Source: a virus
DNA: 22,032 nt
Reading direction: 5' to 3' (one strand)
IMG/VR virus record: IMGVR_UViG_3300025584_000027
Shown here piece after piece: positions 14,187 through 22,032 of the stretch; position 1 is the first letter of the stretch, and each line of letters starts with the position of its first letter. A program made the translations under genes and the position numbers. The notes beneath the pieces are model-generated. The model did no database searches and had not been told where the DNA came from. It saw only the letters and a list, made by a program, of their open reading frames with translations.

Positions 14187-14753
14187 ATGATCACACCTAA
14201 AGAACAAAAAGAAATTACAAATTTTTATTACAAGCGTACTAGAGAACACATTGATAGAGTCAAAAAATATATGGATTTAATATATAATTCAGATCCTAAA
14301 AGGTTCTATCTATTACCATCTAGAAAAGAAACTCATGATCAATCGAAATACGAGAAACCTGAATTAGACTCATACAAGATTCTCACTTGGAAATATCACT
14401 GTACAGATATTGGAAAAGAATTTGAAATTAATGAAAATACTAAAAGACAAATTCAAATAGCTACATATCATCATGTTAAGCACAATCAACACCACCCAGA
14501 GTTTCATGATCCAGATACAACTATCGAAAGCATTAATCCTAAAGATAGGGATAAGCCTCCTGAAAGAATGGTTGATGGAACTGGAATGACGGAAACAGAC
14601 ATTGCAGAGATGTGTGCAGATTGGATGGGTATGTCGGAGGAGAAGGGTGGAGATCCAATAGATTGGGGCAAAAAAAATATTAATAAAAGATGGATGTTTA
14701 ATGAGGATCAGATTAAATTGATATATAAGTTGTTGGGATTGTATAGGAAATAA
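14187..14753 (+). CDS. HD-like His-rich protein (DUF5662-like)
   Basis: EHIDRV...HDQSKY...HHVKHNQHHPEFH...EMCADW resembles my recollection of the DUF5662 pattern; not database-verified. Confidence 0.65.
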   Translation: MITPKEQKEITNFYYKRTREHIDRVKKYMDLIYNSDPKRFYLLPSRKETHDQSKYEKPELDSYKILTWKYHCTDIGKEFEINENTKRQIQIATYHHVKHNQHHPEFHDPDTTIESINPKDRDKPPERMVDGTGMTETDIAEMCADWMGMSEEKGGDPIDWGKKNINKRWMFNEDQIKLIYKLLGLYRK

Positions 14754-14765
14754 CGGAGATAAATC

Positions 14766-15014
14766 ATGAAATATTTTAAATTAATTCTTGTATTAATTTG
14801 TATACTGATATTAATACCTGTATTAGTTAATGGTGAGATCAAATCAGATAATAAAAAATGGATAACACATAATAACAATACTCGAGTTATATGGGTACCA
14901 CCAGAGTATAAGTCTGTATATATACCTCCAGGATATAAGATTGTAGATGGTAAGCGCATATGGTGTAATGGATATTTTAAAGCTATAATAATTAGATCTG
15001 GATATTATCGATAG
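14766..15014 (+). CDS. Small exported protein with signal peptide or TM helix and WVPP/YIPPGY-type repeats
   Basis: MKYFK plus a hydrophobic stretch; IWVPPEY...YIPPGY...IWCNGY; GGAG RBS. Confidence 0.65.
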   Translation: MKYFKLILVLICILILIPVLVNGEIKSDNKKWITHNNNTRVIWVPPEYKSVYIPPGYKIVDGKRIWCNGYFKAIIIRSGYYR

Positions 15015-15045
15015 AAAATTTTAGATCGTTATTAAGGAGACAAAT

Positions 15046-15624
15046 ATGAGATCCATTAACAAATATTTAAATACACTTGAAGAATCATGGGTTATGTCAG
15101 ATGATGATCACTATTATAATTTTGGTAGTTGGTTAAATAACAAGAATCAAGTTTTATTAATAATCGGTTTATCTGGTTCTGGTAAAACTACTCTAGGAAA
15201 ACATTTAGCAAAAAAATATAATTGTGGTTATTCTACAACTGATGATATATGGATACCTATATTAAGAAAATATAAAGAAAAAACTGGAAAGAAAACTCCA
15301 GATATGACCGAAGATGAATTTGAGAAAATTGATCGTATTGTTGTTAAAGAATTAGAAAAAATATTACGTAATAAAAATAAAAAAATGATCATTGAAGGTA
15401 TACATATAATGTTATTAAAGTATCCATTTTTAAAAGAACAATCTCTTGTGATTAAAGGTACTTCTTATTTTAAATCATTTTATCAAGCTCTTAAAAGAGA
15501 TTCTAGTAAATATTTAAAAAAAGGATCATCCAGATTTTTAGATCATTATTTACACTATTTAAAAATGAGTAAAAACCATCAAATTAGTTTACATAAATTA
15601 CAAAAATATTTAAATAAGAAATAA
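15046..15624 (+). CDS. P-loop NTPase or nucleotide-kinase-like protein with MRSINKYL N-terminus
   Basis: Walker A IIGLSGSGKTT; STTDD; MIIEG; AAGGAG RBS. Confidence 0.8.
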   Translation: MRSINKYLNTLEESWVMSDDDHYYNFGSWLNNKNQVLLIIGLSGSGKTTLGKHLAKKYNCGYSTTDDIWIPILRKYKEKTGKKTPDMTEDEFEKIDRIVVKELEKILRNKNKKMIIEGIHIMLLKYPFLKEQSLVIKGTSYFKSFYQALKRDSSKYLKKGSSRFLDHYLHYLKMSKNHQISLHKLQKYLNKK

Positions 15625-15630
15625 TCTACT

Positions 15631-15654
15631 AGATCTAACACCACGTTTTAGATC
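15631..15654 (-). repeat. Boundary motif B, copy 5
   Basis: Reverse complement GATCTAAAACGTGGTGTTAGATCT; lies between the kinase stop and the RNAP beta start. Confidence 0.75.
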
Positions 15655-15684
15655 AATATTATAAACATCAACAAGGAGTCATTT

Positions 15685-18600
15685 ATGAAAATTTCAAACA
15701 TAACTTCTAGCAGGATTTCATCATCAAAGATTGTAATTGATGAACCTACAGTTTTCTTAACCTTTCCTGATCCAAATCTACCTATTTGGGAGGTCATATA
15801 TAATACAAATTTTATTTTAAGCAACTGCGAAGCTATTATTAGTGCTGGTGGTATGATTAAATTTATGAGAAGAAGTTTTAACGCAAAAGTACACTCATTA
15901 GAATTCAAGAAAAAGATTATTGAATTAGAGCAAAGTAGTAAAAAATTAAAAGTAGTTAATAACCTCAAACTTAAAGATGCAGATAATAGGAGCGCCAAAT
16001 TTTACTTCTATGATATGGGAGTTTATTCAAAAGCTATTCAGGAGTTTGAAGGTAAATTTGTACCAAAAAAATTAGCTGAAGAATTGTTCATTGCAAGCGG
16101 CAAGATCTATAAGACGATTAAAGACAATTATCCTAGTTACAATGTCGAAATGCTTTTTCTTATGAAAGATGATAAAGGTTTTTTATGGAAGATGTTTGAC
16201 AATCTGAAACAATTTATTCCAATAAATAAACTTAATAAAATAGATTTCTTTGATAAGTTTTGCTACGTCAGCATAAATAAAAGATTGATCCCAGTTATTG
16301 AAAGAGAAAAGGGTAAAAGTTCATATCTAGTTAAGAACATGACTAGAATACCAAAATATGTAGAAGAAGAAAGTATATCTTCTGAAGAACAAATAATAGA
16401 ACCTGCTATTAAATCACATGAGACATCGATGATAACACCTCCATCTTCTGAATCATCTACTAGTACTAGTACTGGTACTAGTATTAATAACAAAGAATCA
16501 GACAGTCAATCAACAGGATTTAAAGGTGTTGTTAAAGGTCTTTCGAAAGAACTTAAAGTAGTTACAAATATTGATAAAGATGGTGAAATTAAAGTTGAGA
16601 TCAATACGCCTCAATTAAAAAGGATTTTAGCTAATTATGATATTAAAGATCAAGTAATTCTTTCGAATGTAAAAGTAGCTATTGATAAACACTTAACAAA
16701 CAATAGAGTGTCGAAAGAAAAGATGACTCGTGAACAAGCAGAAGTTCTTGTTCTTAAAGCTGTTAATAAAACTATTCATGGAACAGATGAACTTCGTGAA
16801 GCATACCGAAATGATCCTAAACTTCTATTTGATAAACTTAAAAAAATAGATAATTATAATACTCCTCTTAATTTTCCACAGTACCAGAACGAAGTGATTC
16901 AACCAAAAAACATTATAGATCTTGATTACACTAGTGGTCAAAATCGACAGAAGCATGAGTTCGATACAGTTGTTCATCAAAATGTTGAAAAACTATTTCG
17001 TATTTTAGAGGACTTTCCAGACTATCCAGTTAAGATTAAAAAGTTTAGTCATGAAATAATCGATACAGATAGTGATCGATTGATTCAATATACTGTTACA
17101 TTACAGAATGTTGGTGGTGGATATTCAAAACCATATGAGATTAAGCTTAATATTCCAGGGCTAGTAAGTGAAAGATATTTTAAAATAAAAGGATCTCATT
17201 ACATTCAGTCGAATCAACAGTTTTTAAATCCAATCACAAAAACTAATCCAAATGATGTTCGTCTTTTAAGTAATTATGCTATTATTAGTGTCCACCTAAC
17301 TAACTTTAGGTTTAATTCAGCTAATATTAGAGAGTATCTTAATTACATTAAAATCAAACATCCAACATTCATTAAAGAAGAAACTGAAGATTATGTAACA
17401 TTTTTTAATGGAGACAAAATAGGTCTTACTGGTAATCTCGTTTACTCTAACGCCGACGGAAGTAAGAAAGTAGAAATAGATCCTAATACAAATAAATTAA
17501 TAGATCTCGCGGGACGTTCTAGACTTGGTATTACAAAATATGAATATCAATTAGAATATCTTTTTAATAAGTTAAAAGATATAGACCCAAGTGAAACATT
17601 AAGTAAGACTAAGTTAAAGATACCTTATTTAGAGATATATTTAGGTGGTATAAAGTTACCATTAATCTTATACTTGTGGTCACAAAAAGGTCTATTAATA
17701 ACTTTAAATGACGAAAGTATTGATTACAGTATAACTGATAATAAAGTAGCCGATAAAGCTAGTTTTAGTATTAAAACTAATAAAACTCAGTACTTGAATA
17801 TTTTTCCCAAGGGCCTTAGACAAACTTGTATGGTGAATGGATTACTAAAGCTACAAGGTATTCTTAAAGACAAAAACATTAAAGATCTAAATAATCCTGA
17901 GAGTTGTTATAATTTAATCTCAGAATATACCGCCTCTAGTGGTTCAATTAAAATGATTACTTTGATGACAAAAAATCAAATTGATCCTATCACAAAAGAT
18001 TTACTAGAGTTTGGTGGTCATTCTACAAATTTAGTTAAACTTGTAAGTAAAGATATGATTGATATGCTTTTCAATCAACCACCAAGTAATCTTGCAGATC
18101 TATCTATTTATCGTACTCGTCTGAGTGAAATGATTTTTTATTTACTTTATAAACAAATTGCTATGTCTCATAATTATTATAAAAGTAAAGTATTTGGTTA
18201 TGAAGATCAAGAAGCAAAAGTTGAGTTACACGAAAACTATGTTATTCAAGGTCTTATTTCTGATGCTGGTGTTCTTCAGAATGACGAACCATTTAATCCA
18301 GTTCAAGAAATTGCTTTAGCCTCAAGAGTTATTAAGTCAGGCAAAGGCGGCGTACCTAGTAAATTTTCTTTTAAGACATCTCATAGAAATATTCATCCAA
18401 GTAATTATGGTAATATTTCTGCAGCCAGTACATCCGAATCAGCCGATGTTGGTTTGGTATCATATCACACTTTAACACCGTCAATTATTAATCAATACGG
18501 AAACTATGGTATAAAAGATATTAAAAGTCTTAAACCATGGCAAATACTATCTCTTGATGAATCATTAACACCTATGCAAAATAGCATGGATGGAGATAGA

Positions 18601-19548
18601 CTTGTAATGGCTCGCACACATGCAACTCAAATTGTACCAGTAGAAAATAGCGAGATACCATTAGTTATGACTGGTGCTGAACATTTAACTGGACAATTAG
18701 CAAGTACTAGATTTATTCAACGAGCTAAGTATGGTGGTAAAATTGTAGAAGTTGTTCCGAATAAATACATGTCAGTCAAGTATGATAATAATATAATAGA
18801 GAATCTAGATATAGTACCTCGAATAAGTAGAACTAAAAGAGGTAGTTTTATTCAGCTTGAAATGGATACCATGAAAACTGGAGATCTATTTAAGAAGAAT
18901 GATACACTCGCTTGGACCAAGAATTTCAAGAATGGTGTTTACACAAGCGGTAAAAACGTAGTTGTGTGTTTCATGAATTACATGGGATTTTGTCATGAAG
19001 ATTCATATGTAGTTACAGAAGATCTTGCAAATAAAGTTGAAAGAACCATAGTAAAACCAGTTAGTATAGTAATACCACCAAATGCTAAAGTATTAAATAT
19101 TATGGAAAAGAAAAATGCAGAAGTGTCTTCAACAGATGTTTTATTAGAGTTTACACATGATTTTGATCTTGAGAGTTATATTCAATCACAAGGTGATAAT
19201 TTCGATGAAGAAGATCTAGAGAAATTATTACTCAGTCAAAGTGAAAACTCAGTGAAACTTCTTGCTGGTTTATCCGGCGAATTAATAGGTATGAAGATTT
19301 ACTTGAATACTAAAAAAGAAATGGATCTAAAACTAGTCAATTTACATACAAAGATGGTAGCTGAAGATCGTAAGACTATCAAAATGTTGGGTGAAAATCA
19401 AACAAAAGATGGTAAGTTATCTAGCTTTGATAATATGCAAACTGATTATTTTAAGATTGGTAATCAAAAGTTAAAAGGCGGAAAAGAGTTCTTAGGAGCT
19501 CATGTTGTATTTTATATTAAAGAAAAGCATCCACTTATGTTGGGCGAT
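15685..19548 (+). CDS. rpoB: Phage multisubunit RNA polymerase beta-like subunit, exon 1 (1288 codons)
   Basis: Divergent beta motifs: YFKIKGSHYIQSNQ, IHPSNYGNI..ST.ES..VGL, DGDRLVM...QIVP, GKNVVVCFMNYMGFCHED; ends at LMLGD. Confidence 0.9.
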
Positions 19549-20536
19549 GAGTAATTTTGTCGCCATTACATGGTAACATGTAATTAGAAAATCTGGTGAA
19601 TTCGGTGAATCTCCTAACACTTTAGGATAATACCGAGCCAAGCTTTTTAGAGACTGCTAATCTCTAAACTGAAGGTGTAACGACTATCTCGAAAGAGAGT
19701 ACACTCTAAGCAGAGTGGAAGCGCCAGACATCCAAACTAAATTAAATCTAATAAAATAATGTGGAAGGAACAATATGACAAGACAATATAATCATGATCA
19801 TTTAATTGGAACTGTATATGGTTCATTAGAGGTTATTGGAATAGGACCAACGAATAAACACAGAAAGAAGTTATTACTTGTAAAATGTTTAAAACATCCA
19901 GAAGTAGATCCATATTATGTAGTGAAACAAAGTCTTGTTAACGGATCATCTAAAGGTTGTGTTGAATGTAAAAGAGATCTCCATACTACACATGGAAAAT
20001 GTAATACTAGAGTTTATCATGCTTATAAAAGAATGATATGTAGAATTAAAGATATTTTTGACAAAGATTATGAAAATTATGGTGGTCGTGGTATTGATAT
20101 GGACCCAAAATATGATCCAGATTATAATGATCAGGGATTAGAATTTGCTTTTAAAAATTTTTATAATGATATTGGAGATTATCAACATCCATTAACATTA
20201 GATCGTAAGAATAATAATCGTGGTTATTGGAAAGACAATATGAGATTAATTACTATTACAGAACAATCTCATAATAGAAGAAATAATACTTTTACACAAG
20301 AGATTGTTAATAATATTCGAAAAGATTATGATACAGGTAATTATAGAAACAGAGATCTAGTTAAAAAATATAATACAACTAGTACAAATATTAGTAGAAT
20401 TGTATTACGAAAAACTTGGAAATAATTTTTAATTATGTTTGGATGATGATATAGTCTGATCTGCATAGTAATATGCAGCTGATGTGGTAACCATTACACA
20501 TCGAAAAGGATCTAGCGAATCCTTTTGAACATCATG
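19549..20536 (+). mobile_element. Self-splicing group I intron (IA2-like), 988 nt, with a homing endonuclease in L8
   Basis: P1 GGCGAU/GUCGCC with a U-G pair at the 5' splice site; P10 AUUUU/AAAAU; P3 UCUGGUG/CGCCAGA; P7 GACUA/UAGUC; P7.1 and P7.2; P8 CAUCCAAAC/GUUUGGAUG; terminal G at 20536. Splicing restores GD-KICNRFGSKG in frame. Confidence 0.95.
19775..20425 (+). CDS. Intron-encoded HNH-type homing endonuclease
   Basis: HG...RVY...YGGRGI...F..D.G...LTLDRKNNNRGY..DNMR...EQ..NRR, typical of phage HNH-like homing endonucleases; located inside the P8 loop. Confidence 0.85.
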   Translation: MTRQYNHDHLIGTVYGSLEVIGIGPTNKHRKKLLLVKCLKHPEVDPYYVVKQSLVNGSSKGCVECKRDLHTTHGKCNTRVYHAYKRMICRIKDIFDKDYENYGGRGIDMDPKYDPDYNDQGLEFAFKNFYNDIGDYQHPLTLDRKNNNRGYWKDNMRLITITEQSHNRRNNTFTQEIVNNIRKDYDTGNYRNRDLVKKYNTTSTNISRIVLRKTWK

Positions 20537-21385
20537 AAAATATGTAATCGTTTTGGCTCCAAAGGAGTAATTAGTAAACTAATTGAGAAAGAACAAGAAC
20601 CTTACTCAGAAGTGACAGATCTGAAACCAGAAGTATTTATCTCTCCAATTTCGATTTTTGGAAGAAAAAACATTCCGTTTCTTAAGGAAATCTATATCTC
20701 CAAAATATTCTATTTTCTACAAGAACAATGTGCTGAAATGGCGAAAATTCCTAAAACATCTACAAGTAAAATCATTAAGAAAATCTTAGGTGTTTATGAA
20801 TTATTAGCAGCTGAAAAAGTATATAAAGATGTAGAAAAATTATTAAATAAATCATCTCAATTAAAATTAAGAGCTGATATTAAAAGTAAAAAATTACAAT
20901 TAAGACTTATTATAGAACCGTTTACAAATGTAAGTATGTCTAGGATTAAACAAGCTGCAGAATTAATAGATATTCCTCTAGACGAAAAGGTTTACATTCC
21001 AGAGTTAGGTGCATATACTGATGTACCTGTACCAGTTGGTATTGGTTATTATCAATTTATGGAACATATATCAGAAGACGTTGCTAATATACGTGGAGCT
21101 GATAATTATACTAGTTTAACTAGACAACCCACAAAAGGTAAACAAAAAGGTGGAGGTCAAGCTGTTAGTGGTCTGGATATTTATGCTTTACTTTCTTTGA
21201 ATGCAGATAAATGTTTACAAGAACTTTTAACAGTAAGATCTGATGATCATGTTAGAAAAAGAAAAGTTTATCTAGATATTCTAAATAATGGAGAATTAGT
21301 TGATATGCCAAAAGACACCGGAGAAGGAGGAACTAAAACTCAGTTTGACCTTTATATTAAAAGTATGGGATTAGAAATTTCATAA
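20537..21385 (+). CDS. rpoB: RNA polymerase beta-like subunit, exon 2 (282 aa)
   Basis: KICNRFGSKGVISK, VGIGYYQFMEH, LTRQPTKG...GGGQ and ELLTVRSDD correspond to the C-terminal beta motifs. Confidence 0.92.
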   Translation, partial: KICNRFGSKGVISKLIEKEQEPYSEVTDLKPEVFISPISIFGRKNIPFLKEIYISKIFYFLQEQCAEMAKIPKTSTSKIIKKILGVYELLAAEKVYKDVEKLLNKSSQLKLRADIKSKKLQLRLIIEPFTNVSMSRIKQAAELIDIPLDEKVYIPELGAYTDVPVPVGIGYYQFMEHISEDVANIRGADNYTSLTRQPTKGKQKGGGQAVSGLDIYALLSLNADKCLQELLTVRSDDHVRKRKVYLDILNNGELVDMPKDTGEGGTKTQFDLYIKSMGLEIS

Positions 21386-21406
21386 TCTTAATTTTAATAT
21401 AGAAAT
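21383..21406 (+). promoter_or_regulatory. Motif A overlapping the rpoB stop codon
   Basis: TAATCTTAATTTTAATATAGAAAT, 21/24 match. Confidence 0.7.
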
Positions 21407-21419
21407 ATTATTAATGTAA

Positions 21420-21500
21420 AAGGTCATAGCCGGCCTTAATAAAATTGGCTCACTCAAAGATTCCGATTGGCGGTTTCGGAGGGTGAGTCAATTTATTTTA
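21420..21500 (+). ncRNA. Putative small RNA (about 80 nt) between two motif A promoters
   Basis: A short 5' hairpin, then a 14-bp stem (21442-21455/21481-21494) with an inner TCCGA/TCGGA stem and a U-rich end; no ORF. Could be only a terminator. Confidence 0.45.
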
Positions 21501-21524
21501 TAATCTCATTTTTAATATAGAAAT
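21501..21524 (+). promoter_or_regulatory. Motif A (putative phage promoter)
   Basis: TAATCTCATTTTTAATATAGAAAT. Confidence 0.7.
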
Positions 21525-21589
21525 AATATAATCATTATTTAATTTTCTTTTTGAATTAAAATTTAAAAGTATTATGGAGGCAACAACAC

Positions 21590-21853
21590 ATGAGAAATTT
21601 GGAACCTGAACAAAAGAAAGAGATCATTCAAAAGAATTTAGACTCAATAGGTGTGTTAAGTAGTAGCTTTATGGGAGGAGTATTCTTCGTAAAGGCATCT
21701 GATGAAAAAACATTCGAAAAAGATTTTATGAAAAATCTATCGAGTAGCATGGTATCATATCTAGAAAGTAAGAATTTAAACCCCCAATCACATAATCGTG
21801 GATTGACTTATTCTATTGTGAATAAAGGTAAGGATTTTACTATAAATTTTTAA
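21590..21853 (+). CDS. Hypothetical protein
   Basis: GGAGG RBS; 87 aa. Confidence 0.75.
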   Translation: MRNLEPEQKKEIIQKNLDSIGVLSSSFMGGVFFVKASDEKTFEKDFMKNLSSSMVSYLESKNLNPQSHNRGLTYSIVNKGKDFTINF

Positions 21854-21918
21854 TTTAAAATTAATATTAATATCTAACAAATTCAATCAATAAATAATTA
21901 TGGAGGCAGAAAAACATA

Positions 21919-22032
21919 ATGGAATTCAACCCATTTGGTGATGTAGAGAAAAACACATCTGTTGGTGAAAATCTTTTATTGACTTTATCACCGGCGAAGT
22001 TCGATATTTTTAGTAAGACGTTATCTCTCTTT
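21919..22032 (+). CDS. Hypothetical protein, 3'-truncated by window edge
   Basis: GGAGG RBS; MEFNPFGDVEKNTSVGENLLLTLSPAKFDIFSKTLSL stays open to the end of the window. Confidence 0.65.
   Translation, partial: MEFNPFGDVEKNTSVGENLLLTLSPAKFDIFSKTLSLF

Noticed and set aside
1138-15654. CRISPR array or type II repeat (GTTTTAG start)
   Set aside because: The copies are kilobases apart, in both orientations, with no spacers and no cas genes.
989-16493. Shadow ORFs from the track (989-1210, 2473-2658, 4080-4280, 4998-5243, 5678-5875, 7597-7815, 9318-9572, 10716-10934, 11055-11357, 11083-11334, 11502-11711, 12407-12765, 13161-13364, 13932-14117, 14708-14959, 15648-15998, 16263-16493)
   Set aside because: They overlap better-supported genes or promoters in another frame or strand, lack an RBS, and show the F/L/I/S-rich composition typical of antisense frames.
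19549-19554. ORF-track end of rpoB (…GDE stop) and separate ORF start at 20525
   Set aside because: Both are intron sequence; the true junctions are 19548/19549 and 20536/20537.

Overview
This is a strongly AT-rich segment of a large (jumbo-type) bacteriophage genome in the standard genetic code, with strong GGAGG/AAGGAG ribosome-binding sites. The main locus is an RNA polymerase beta-like subunit gene (15685-21385) that is not split into two genes. It has an N-terminal extension of about 400 aa and is interrupted inside the conserved GD|K motif by a 988-nt group I intron (19549-20536) carrying an HNH homing endonuclease; the spliced product is 1570 aa. The left two-thirds is an accessory region of many small, mostly minus-strand genes. 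These include a ClpP-like protease, two SAM-dependent methyltransferase-like proteins, two HD-fold proteins, a P-loop kinase, a truncated HNH protein and a DUF4120-like protein. Eighteen intergenic copies of a 24-bp motif (TATTCTCGATTTTAATATAGAAAT) sit upstream of these units and behave like phage-specific promoters. Five less expected signals stand out: (1) three unrelated plus-strand proteins share an N-terminal MRSIxxYLxE/T peptide resembling the T4 capsid-targeting sequence; (2) several promoter-driven structured RNAs are present, one with about 12 hairpins and mutually complementary loops; (3) a tRNA has a canonical body but an 11-nt anticodon loop; (4) a second dispersed 24-bp motif (CTAAAACGTnGnGnnAGAnCT) marks gene boundaries and brackets the HD gene as inverted repeats; (5) the first gene after many promoters is visibly GC-richer than its surroundings. 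All family assignments come from motif recognition by eye; no database search or folding program was run.
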